Source of the DNA: a virus
Taxonomy: Duplodnaviria > Caudoviricetes
Length of the DNA stretch: 24,062 nt
IMG/VR virus record: IMGVR_UViG_3300037467_000182
Coordinates: 1 to 24,062 of that record
Strand: one strand, 5' to 3'
Part shown: one piece after another, positions 7,547 through 14,423 of the stretch
How positions within the stretch are numbered: position 1 is the stretch's first letter
How the letters are laid out: each line of letters begins with the position of its first letter
Program-made: the position numbers and the translations under genes
Notes under the pieces: model-generated
The model's input: only the letters and a program-made list of their open reading frames with translations
What the model was told of the DNA's origin: nothing
Databases searched by the model: none

Positions 7547-7766
7547 GGTAGCCCCACCGGCGCCCGTTCAGGAGGTGAAGGTGGCCGTGCCGGTGCCCTG
7601 CAAGATCGAGCAGGTCGCGGAGAAGCCGCGGCCCTCTAAGCAGGCGCGGAAGGGTGACGACATCCACACGCTGACGAAGATCGCGCTGGCTGACCGCCGC
7701 GTCCTCCTAGCGGAGAACGGCGAGCTTAGGGCGGCGAACACCAGCCCCTGTCCGGGAGCGAAGTGA
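7428..7766 (+). CDS. putative o-spanin (Rz1-like outer-membrane lipoprotein)
   Basis: SD AGGAG, hydrophobic signal peptide, lipobox LTA-C, Pro-rich linker, EVKVAVPVPC motif and C-terminal helix with Cys. Confidence 0.8.
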   Translation: MSISLSLRPTPEAQLLLIVLVVVAFLGLTACQGRPKSHPEVAPPAPVQEVKVAVPVPCKIEQVAEKPRPSKQARKGDDIHTLTKIALADRRVLLAENGELRAANTSPCPGAK

Positions 7767-7975
7767 TGGCTAGGGCTTCCTATGTGTGGGTCCTGCGCGG
7801 CGCCTCGGGACGCCCGTTTGCGGCCTTCACGGTCAAGCACGAACTCCTGTCGGCAATCCAAAGATCGCACCCCGGCGACCGGAGAGACTGGACCGTGGTC
7901 CGTCTCTCGGACGGGAGCATCTCCTCCGTAGTCGATATCGGCTCGGCAGTTTCTTTCATGGAAGCGAACGCCTGA
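7766..7975 (+). CDS. hypothetical protein
   Basis: Coupled at both ends (GTGATG and TGATG), fills the gap in the gene chain. Start is 7763 or 7766. Confidence 0.65.
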   Translation: MARASYVWVLRGASGRPFAAFTVKHELLSAIQRSHPGDRRDWTVVRLSDGSISSVVDIGSAVSFMEANA

Positions 7976-8253
7976 TGCAGACCCGAACCGACAGCTTCAT
8001 GGAGGCTGCCACCAACACAGCCATCGGCCTAGCGGTGTCCACCGTTGCCAACGCGACGCTCACCCCGTGGGTCCTCGGACACCCGATCTCGGTCCACGAG
8101 AATGTGGTCCTGTCGGCGGGCTTCACGGTGATCTCGATTGGCCGGTCCTACCTCCTGCGCCGAGCATTCAACGGCAAGTCGGTGTGGCAGGCCATCAAGG
8201 GCACCCGCCTGACCTCGCTGGAGAGGGCACACCTTCGGAGACTAGCCCGATGA
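7975..8253 (+). CDS. conserved phage two-TM membrane protein (DUF7220-like)
   Basis: MQTRTDSFMEAATNTAIG...FTVISIGRSYLLRRAFN matches a recalled phage family pattern. ATG 7975 overlaps the previous stop. Confidence 0.65.
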   Translation: MQTRTDSFMEAATNTAIGLAVSTVANATLTPWVLGHPISVHENVVLSAGFTVISIGRSYLLRRAFNGKSVWQAIKGTRLTSLERAHLRRLAR

Positions 8254-8408
8254 GCCGCCTCGCCGCCTTCCTCGCCGGCTTCACGCTGGCGGCGGTGTCG
8301 CCTGTGGCAGCCGCCAAGGTCGAACTGCTGTGCCGCCCGGTCCTAAAGCCGGAGGTCAACTGCGTCCCGAACTACAACCCTAAGCCGCCGGAGTGCCATA
8401 TCGCATGA
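8250..8408 (+). CDS. small exported Cys/Pro-rich peptide (52 aa)
   Basis: ATGA overlaps at both ends. Signal-peptide-like MSRLAAFLAGFTLAAVSPVAAA followed by a 30-aa part with 3 Cys. Confidence 0.6.
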   Translation: MSRLAAFLAGFTLAAVSPVAAAKVELLCRPVLKPEVNCVPNYNPKPPECHIA

Positions 8409-9238
8409 GCCGCACTCTCCTCATCGACGCCGACCTGATTGCCTACCGAGCGACTGCTGCTCTCCAGCAGACGATCGACTGGAACGGGGACGGGTCGTGC
8501 GTCTCTGTGGACGGGCGCCTGGACGAGGCCAAGGCTGAAGCCAAGCGTGTCGTCGAGTGGTTCATGGACGACCTCAAGGCGGACGACCTCGTCATCTGTC
8601 TGTCGGACGACGTGCAGAACTTCCGCAAGCGGATCGACCCAACCTACAAGCAGCTCCGCACCGCGACAGAGCGCCCGGTCCATCTGTACGACCTGAAGGA
8701 GTGGATGGGCGAGAAGTGGTCTTCGCGGCTGATCGCGACCTTCGAGGCGGACGATGTCATGGGCATCATGTCCACCGAGCCGCACACCAGCGAGAGGGTC
8801 ATTGTCAGCAACGACAAGGATATGAAGACGATCCCCGGCCTCCTATGCCGGCCCGACTACGAACGCCGCAAGCTCAACGTGGTCGAGATCACGGAAGAGG
8901 CGGCCGATCGCTTCCATCTGTGGCAGACCCTCACCGGCGACACCTGCGACGGCTATGACGGGTGCCCCGGCGTGGGCGGTGAGCGAGCGGAGCCGATCCT
9001 CGACGGATACGGCTTCCAGCGATACGACCACACGATCACCAAAGGGAAGCGCAAGGGCGAGATCGACGTCCGCTGGCCGCGCTTCCAGTTCGACGGCCCT
9101 TGGCCGGCCATTGTGTCGGCCTACGAGAAGGCCGGACTGACCGAGGCAGACGCCATCCGGCAGGCCCGCTTGGCCTTCATCCTGCGGTCGTCCCACTATG
9201 TCGACGGAAGGCGCCTCGACTGGAACCCTCCGAAGTAA
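8405..9238 (+). CDS. 5'-3' exonuclease (T7 gp6-like)
   Basis: LLIDADLIAY, NFRKRIDPTYK, FEADDVMGI, SNDKDMKTIPG, GDTCDGYDGCPGVG, QARLAFILR. Confidence 0.95.
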   Translation: MSRTLLIDADLIAYRATAALQQTIDWNGDGSCVSVDGRLDEAKAEAKRVVEWFMDDLKADDLVICLSDDVQNFRKRIDPTYKQLRTATERPVHLYDLKEWMGEKWSSRLIATFEADDVMGIMSTEPHTSERVIVSNDKDMKTIPGLLCRPDYERRKLNVVEITEEAADRFHLWQTLTGDTCDGYDGCPGVGGERAEPILDGYGFQRYDHTITKGKRKGEIDVRWPRFQFDGPWPAIVSAYEKAGLTEADAIRQARLAFILRSSHYVDGRRLDWNPPK

Positions 9239-9273
9239 AACGGGAGTTTTCCGCCACTCTCCCTAAAAAGGCC

Positions 9274-9293
9274 AATTAGGGCCACCCCTTGGT
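9274..9293 (+). promoter_or_regulatory. candidate phage RNA polymerase promoter (AATTAGGGCCACCCCTT|GG, +1 about 9291)
   Basis: 17-nt element followed by GG at the replication/structural boundary. The first 9 nt equal the K11-type promoter start AATTAGGGC as recalled. It lacks the TATA melting box. Confidence 0.45.
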
Positions 9294-9380
9294 ACACCGA
9301 ACCTTTAGGTTCGGGACCAGTCTCCTTCGGTTGCTCCTTTGGGGCCGCTGCGAGCTTCGGCTCCGGCGGCCCTATTTTTT
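9291..9380 (+). ncRNA. candidate small RNA / attenuated leader with two anti-SD motifs
   Basis: 5' hairpin CCGAACC-TTTA-GGTTCGG, linker GTCTCCTTCGGTTGCTCCTTT, then a terminator hairpin. Confidence 0.4.
9342..9380 (+). terminator. intrinsic terminator
   Basis: GGGCCGCTG-C-GAGC-TTCG-GCTC-CGGCGGCCC followed by TATTTTTT. Confidence 0.85.
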
Positions 9381-9393
9381 CATGTGAGGCCCC

Positions 9394-9594
9394 GTGATCC
9401 TATTCCCCGACAGCGCCTCTGCGCTGGTCGACGAACTCGACCGAATGTTCCCGGAGCGGCCCGCAACGCCGAAGACCTCCCGCGAGGAAGACCTCGCCCA
9501 CGGCGCCAAGCGCGAGCTGATCGGCTTCCTCAAGCACTGGAGGGAGACCAGCCGCACGGCGTCCCCACCCACCGTGCGCCGCTCTCGGCGTTAG
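9394..9594 (+). CDS. small hypothetical protein preceding the virion genes
   Basis: SD GAGG and GTG start. LVDELDRMFPER...GAKRELIGFL resembles small proteins found before the portal in T7-like phages. Confidence 0.7.
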   Translation: MILFPDSASALVDELDRMFPERPATPKTSREEDLAHGAKRELIGFLKHWRETSRTASPPTVRRSRR

Positions 9595-9611
9595 CCTGAG
9601 GAGCCGCCACC

Positions 9612-9824
9612 TTGTGTGTGCCTAAGCCCCCGAAAATCCAGCCGACGGACCCGGAAGCGAAGCAGCCGGACCCGGCCATCATCCGCAACCCGTACCTCGA
9701 CGGAGCGAGCGACTTCGCGATCGCGCGGATGGGTCGGTCTCAGCTCCGCATCAATCCCGGCGCCGCGCGCGTCGCGCTGCCACCGTCCGCGCCGCGGGCA
9801 CCCGCCGCGCTACGGATCGGATAA
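9612..9824 (+). CDS. virion/assembly protein (T7 gp6.7-like)
   Basis: SD GAGGAG and TTG start. MCVPKPPKI N-terminus, GRSQLRI motif, position before the portal. Confidence 0.65.
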   Translation: MCVPKPPKIQPTDPEAKQPDPAIIRNPYLDGASDFAIARMGRSQLRINPGAARVALPPSAPRAPAALRIG

Positions 9825-9830
9825 CCCAAC

Positions 9831-11390
9831 ATGGCCTCTCCACCGCTCTCGGCTACGCCGATGGCGAAGGCGCGTTACACGCAGCTCACTGGTGCCCGTT
9901 CAACGGCCCTGACACGCGCCCGCCAGAACTCGTCGCTGACCATCCCCGGCCTAGTCCCTGAGGACGGCCAGGACGGCAACACCACATTCTCGCAGCCCTA
10001 CCAGAGCCTCGGCGCCCGCGCCGTGAACAACCTCGCGGCATGGCTGCTCGTCACCCTATTCCCGCCCGACCAATACTTCTTCCGCCTGAACATCGACGAA
10101 GATACAGCGGAAGAACTCGGCTCGGGCTTGGCGGACGCCAAGACTGCCTTGAACCGCATTTCCGGCAAGGCGCAGCTCGTTATCGAAACGAGCGCCTCGC
10201 GTCCCGTCTTCATGGAGACCCTTCGTCACCTCGCGGTGGCTGGCAACGCTCTCCTCTACTTCCCGCCCGACGGGACCCCGCCGCGTATGTACCGGCTCGA
10301 TCAGTATGTCGTTCTGCGGGACAACCGCGGGCAACTGCTCGAAGCGGTCATCCACGAGCAGGTGTACCCCTCGACGCTCGCGGAGGAAATCCGCACCGCC
10401 GTCGGCATTCAGCCCGACTCCGGCGGAGGCACTACGGAGAAGATGGTCGACCTGTACACGCACATTAAGCGCGTGGACGACAACGTCGAGCACTACCAAG
10501 AGATCAGCGGCAAGTTGGTCCCCGGCTCGGACGGCAAGTCGCCGGCTGATAAGTCAGGCTGGCTCGCGCTGCGTTGGCAGACGGTCCCCGGTTCGGACTA
10601 CGGCCGCGCTCACGTCTCCGAGTACCTTGGCGACCTTCTCTCCCTAGAGGACATATCGAAGGCGATCGTTCAGTTCGCCTACGCAGCCTCCCGCATCGTT
10701 CACCTTGTGAACCCGAACTCGATGACCGACGTCGACGCGCTAAACAGCGCTGAGACCGGCGACTTCATCAGCGGCCACACGGACGACGTGGGTACGCTTC
10801 AGCTCGAAAAGGGTCAGGACTTCTCGGTCGTTCGGCAGGTAGCCGAGACCATCGAGCTTCGCCTGAGCCACGCCTTCATGCTCCAGTCCGGCACCGTCCG
10901 CGACGCAGAGCGCGTCACCGCGGAGGAAATCCGCGCGATGGCGGAGGAGCTGGAGAACGTCCTCGGCGGCGTCTACACGGTCCTCTCGGCGGAGTTCCAG
11001 CTCCCGCTCGTCAACCGTCTCCTCTACATCCTCGAACGCGGCGGCAAAGCTCCCAAGCTTCCGGCGTCCGTTCAGCCGATGATTGTCACCGGCTTCGAGG
11101 CGATGGGGCGGAACCACAGTGCGAACAAGCTTCGCGCGTGGATGAGCGACATGAGCGGCATCTACGGGCCGCAAGTCCTACAGCAAATCACCGACCCCAA
11201 TGAGGTCGGCAAGCGTCTCGGCGATAGCTACGGCATCGAGGCGATGGACCAGCTCCTCAAGGCACCGGAAGTGCAACAGCAGGAGCAGCAGCAGGGCGCC
11301 ATGCAGCAAGCCGCAGTGTCGGCCGCGCCGCATATCGCGAAGGGTGTCATCGACGCCGCCGCGAAGAATGCCCAACAACCCACGGAGTAA
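9831..11390 (+). CDS. head-tail connector (portal, T7 gp8-like)
   Basis: PYQSLGARAVNNLA, LAVAGNALLY, DYGRAHVSEYLGDL, VRDAERVTAEEIR, LENVLGGVYTVLSAEFQLPLV. An alternative start lies at 9861. Confidence 0.97.
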   Translation: MASPPLSATPMAKARYTQLTGARSTALTRARQNSSLTIPGLVPEDGQDGNTTFSQPYQSLGARAVNNLAAWLLVTLFPPDQYFFRLNIDEDTAEELGSGLADAKTALNRISGKAQLVIETSASRPVFMETLRHLAVAGNALLYFPPDGTPPRMYRLDQYVVLRDNRGQLLEAVIHEQVYPSTLAEEIRTAVGIQPDSGGGTTEKMVDLYTHIKRVDDNVEHYQEISGKLVPGSDGKSPADKSGWLALRWQTVPGSDYGRAHVSEYLGDLLSLEDISKAIVQFAYAASRIVHLVNPNSMTDVDALNSAETGDFISGHTDDVGTLQLEKGQDFSVVRQVAETIELRLSHAFMLQSGTVRDAERVTAEEIRAMAEELENVLGGVYTVLSAEFQLPLVNRLLYILERGGKAPKLPASVQPMIVTGFEAMGRNHSANKLRAWMSDMSGIYGPQVLQQITDPNEVGKRLGDSYGIEAMDQLLKAPEVQQQEQQQGAMQQAAVSAAPHIAKGVIDAAAKNAQQPTE

Positions 11391-11393
11391 TCC

Positions 11394-11585
11394 TTGAGCA
11401 AGTCCAATAGCAACCCGGCCCCTGAGGCCACCGCAGAAGCCCCGGCCCCGACGCCGAGCGGCATCCAGATCGAGACCCGTTTCGAGATCGTCGACAACAC
11501 TGCCGCCGAAGTAGTCGCTCCCCGCGCTGCTGAGGAAAGCGAGCGCAAGCTCGACAACGGCATGACTGTGGTGGACTACGTCTAA
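11394..11585 (+). CDS. small acidic hypothetical protein between portal and scaffold
   Basis: SD GGAG and TTG start, TAATG coupling to the scaffold gene. Confidence 0.65.
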   Translation: MSKSNSNPAPEATAEAPAPTPSGIQIETRFEIVDNTAAEVVAPRAAEESERKLDNGMTVVDYV

Positions 11586-12484
11586 TGGCTGACGCAACCG
11601 AACAGCCAGCGGCGACAGAGACGCCGGCAGTTGAGCTGAATGCCCAAGAGCAGGCCGCCGTTGAGGTGGGCCAGCGCGGCTTCAGCGAGCCTACGAACGT
11701 CAACACGCCGGCCCCAAGCGGTCCGCAGCGCCCCGAAGGGGTGCCGGAGCAGTTCTGGAAGGACGGCAAGGTCGACGTCGAGGGTCTAGCCAAGAGCTAC
11801 GGCGAGCTGCGGTCCAAAATGGACAGCAAGTCGACCGAAGAGGCCCCGGCGAACAAGGAGGAAACTCCTCCCGTCGACGCTACCGGCAAGATCAAGCCTG
11901 AAGAGAAGAAGGAAGAGGTCGCCGAAGGCGAGCCAACTCCTCTCCAGACGGCGATGGAAGCCGCCCGCACCCAGTGGGCTGAGACGCAGGAAGTCTCCGA
12001 CGAGACAGTCGCGCAGCTTGAAGCTGCCGGCATCCCGAAGGACGTCTTCAGTCTCTACCTAGAAGGTCTCAAGGCGCAGACCGCACAGCTCGTCAGCTCG
12101 ATCCACGAGATCGCAGGTGGCAAGGAGCAGTACGAAGCGGCCACGGCCTGGGCAGCGAAGACGCTGAAGGCCGACGAGGTCGCCGCGTTCAACGACGCTC
12201 TCGACAACCCGACACTCCGCGAGACCGCCATCACGGGCCTTATGGCTCGCTACCAGAAGGCGATCCCGTCAGAAGGACGACAAGTGACCCCAACCGATAT
12301 GCCCGCCGCTGGCAGCGACGTGTTCGCTTCGCGTGACGAGTTAGTCGCCGCGCAGAAGGACCCGCGCTACGCCACCGACGCGAAGTATCGCGAAGAGGTC
12401 GCGCAGAAGCTGGCCCGCTCGCAGGCTGGAGGCTTCCAAGCCTTCGCCCGCCCGCAGTTCGGTCGGCAGATACTGTCCAGCTAA
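11585..12484 (+). CDS. capsid assembly scaffolding protein (T7 gp9-like)
   Basis: Acidic protein with RPEGVPEQFW..LAKSYGEL, AGGKEQY..WA and DPRYATDAKYREEVAQKL, located between portal and capsid. Confidence 0.92.
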   Translation: MADATEQPAATETPAVELNAQEQAAVEVGQRGFSEPTNVNTPAPSGPQRPEGVPEQFWKDGKVDVEGLAKSYGELRSKMDSKSTEEAPANKEETPPVDATGKIKPEEKKEEVAEGEPTPLQTAMEAARTQWAETQEVSDETVAQLEAAGIPKDVFSLYLEGLKAQTAQLVSSIHEIAGGKEQYEAATAWAAKTLKADEVAAFNDALDNPTLRETAITGLMARYQKAIPSEGRQVTPTDMPAAGSDVFASRDELVAAQKDPRYATDAKYREEVAQKLARSQAGGFQAFARPQFGRQILSS

Positions 12485-12489
12485 ATAGA

Positions 12490-12745
12490 ACCCCCTCGGC
12501 CTCTCAATGAAGCACACTGAGGGGGTCTTCTTTCCCCCGACGTGACGTCCGGTCGACGGACTTAGGCGTCACAATGGGAGCCTCCCGCATACCCGCCGAC
12601 GGGCGGCGCGGAAGGCACAGTGCCAAGGGTCGCTTTTACCCTTCTCCAGACGCTCTCAAAGACAACCCGACGAACGTCCTGCGGCCCCCGAGGGGACAAC
12701 CGCCGGCGTGGGCCTTCGATGATCGACTGATCGAAACCCCACACC
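12490..12745 (+). promoter_or_regulatory. multi-hairpin non-coding leader of the major capsid gene
   Basis: At least six consecutive inverted repeats in a 286-nt intergenic region. Confidence 0.55.
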
Positions 12746-12770
12746 AAAACCCAATCTGAAAGTTAGAGAA

Positions 12771-13760
12771 GTGGCAAATTCCACTCCGTCGCGTCCCGGC
12801 GCGAACCTGCTCGGCGCCGATCCGCGCGAGCTGATGCTCGACCTGTTTGGTGGCGAAGTCATCACGGCCTTCGAGACCGCGACGATCCTCCGCGACAAGC
12901 ACCAAACGAAGACGCTTGCCAAGGGCAAGTCGTTCAAGTTCCCGGCTATCTGGAAAGCCGGCGGCGGTTATCACACGCCGGGTCAGGAAATCCTTGGCCG
13001 CCAGATCACCCACACCGAGCTGACCGTCGATCCCGACGACAAGCTGGTGTCGGACGTATTCGTTGCGGACATCGACGAGCTGCTGAACCACTACGACGTG
13101 CGTCAGCCGTACACGAAGGAACTCGGTGAGTTCCTCGCGCGCCACTACGACGCGAACGTCCTCCGCACGATCCTCCTCGCCTCGCGCGGTCCTGCGCTGT
13201 TCACCGGCGACCAGGGCGGCTCGGCCGTTGTGGACGCTCTGTTCGCGACCGACGGTTCCAAGCTGCTCGACGGCATCAGCGCCTCGAAGCAGGTCATGGA
13301 CGAGAAGGACGTCCCGGTTAACTCCATGCCGGTCCACGCCCTGTTCAAGCCCGCTCAGTGGTATCTGATGGCGCGCTCGGACAAGAACCTGAACCGCGAT
13401 TACAACGGCGGTAGTGCCGATGTCCGCCGGCAGTCGCTCACGACTGTCGACGAAATCAATATCTACAAGTCGAATATCGCGGCCGAAGTCTTCGGCGTCG
13501 ACAACCGCGCGGCCCCGTACAACGACAGCTCGAACGAGAAGTTCATCCCGTCGGTGTACCGCGGCAGCTTCGGCACCTCGGTTGGTGCCATCTGGACCCC
13601 GATGGCGGCCTGCTCAGCAATCGTGCAGGACGTTGGCTTCCAGATCGTCGATCAGCCGGAGAAGCAGGGCACCCTCCTGCTCGCCCGTATGATGGTCGGC
13701 ACCCGTCAGCTCCGCACCAAGTGTGCAGTCGAGCTGCGGACTGGCGCCATCCCGGCGTAA
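12771..13760 (+). CDS. major capsid protein (T7 gp10-like)
   Basis: LMLDLFGGEVITAF, GKSFKFP, YHTPGQEI, DIDELLNHYDVRQPYTKELGEFLA. GTG start. Confidence 0.97.
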   Translation: MANSTPSRPGANLLGADPRELMLDLFGGEVITAFETATILRDKHQTKTLAKGKSFKFPAIWKAGGGYHTPGQEILGRQITHTELTVDPDDKLVSDVFVADIDELLNHYDVRQPYTKELGEFLARHYDANVLRTILLASRGPALFTGDQGGSAVVDALFATDGSKLLDGISASKQVMDEKDVPVNSMPVHALFKPAQWYLMARSDKNLNRDYNGGSADVRRQSLTTVDEINIYKSNIAAEVFGVDNRAAPYNDSSNEKFIPSVYRGSFGTSVGAIWTPMAACSAIVQDVGFQIVDQPEKQGTLLLARMMVGTRQLRTKCAVELRTGAIPA

Positions 13761-13770
13761 CCAGCCCTTT

Positions 13771-13811
13771 GAGGGGCCTCCCGTTTCTGACGGGGGGCCT
13801 CTCTATTTTTT
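13771..13811 (+). terminator. T-phi-like terminator after capsid gene
   Basis: GAGGGGCCTCCCGT-TTCTG-ACGGGGGGCCTCTC followed by TATTTTTT, same position as T7 T-phi. Confidence 0.88.
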
Positions 13812-13823
13812 CAAGGAGCCGCC

Positions 13824-14423
13824 ATGCGCGTTCTCGAACACACGACGCTCCTCGAAGCGGTCAACACCATCCTCTCCACTGTCGGCAACGCCCCGGTGTC
13901 GAGCGTGGATGGTGCAGGGATCGAGGACGCCGACATCGCTCTCCGGCTCGTCACTGAGCTTACCCGCCGAGTTTGCCTCGGCTCATTCGACTGGAACACG
14001 GACAGCGATTATCCGCTGGCCCCCGATCCGGACGGCTACATCAGCCTCCCCCTCGGTGCCCTTACAGTCGACCCGCAGGCGACCACTCAGAAGCTCGTCG
14101 TGCGCCGCAATCCGAACAACGAGAAACTCGGCCTGTGGGACAAGTCCAACCACACCTTCAAGTTCTCCGAGGCTGTCCCCTGCGAAGTCACGTGGGGCTT
14201 CCCGTTTGAGGACCTGCCGGAGATCGCGCGAGACTTCATCGTGCTGTCCGCAGGGCGGACCTTCCAGAAGCGCTTCGTTGGCTCTCAGGTGCTCGACCGC
14301 TATTCGGCCGAGGACGTCGCCAGCTCGTGGGCTTCGCTCCAGCGCACCGAGCTGAAGTCGCGCGACTACAACCTGTTCCGCGACAACCCCTCGATGGCCC
14401 GCGTCAACAACAGGAACTACTAA
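13824..14423 (+). CDS. tail tubular protein A (T7 gp11-like)
   Basis: LEAVNTILSTVGNAPVSS, FDWNT, FEDLPEIARDFI...GRTFQ. SD AAGGAG. Confidence 0.93.
   Translation: MRVLEHTTLLEAVNTILSTVGNAPVSSVDGAGIEDADIALRLVTELTRRVCLGSFDWNTDSDYPLAPDPDGYISLPLGALTVDPQATTQKLVVRRNPNNEKLGLWDKSNHTFKFSEAVPCEVTWGFPFEDLPEIARDFIVLSAGRTFQKRFVGSQVLDRYSAEDVASSWASLQRTELKSRDYNLFRDNPSMARVNNRNY

Noticed and set aside
9274-9340. Minus-strand ORF driven by AAAGGAGC / AAGGAGAC
   Set aside because: No suitably spaced ATG/GTG/TTG downstream on the minus strand, and the terminator is oriented for the + strand.
11272-11310. CAG-rich repeat
   Set aside because: It encodes the Gln-rich C-terminal tail usual in T7-like portals.
12560-12580. 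SP6-like promoter resemblance ACTTAGGCGTCACAATG|GGAG
   Set aside because: Its core disagrees with the GGGCCACCC candidate and it is explained as the 3' arm of a hairpin. Not excluded without TSS data.
13700-13760. T7 10A/10B-type capsid frameshift
   Set aside because: No slippery sequence is visible near the capsid end, and a terminator follows directly.
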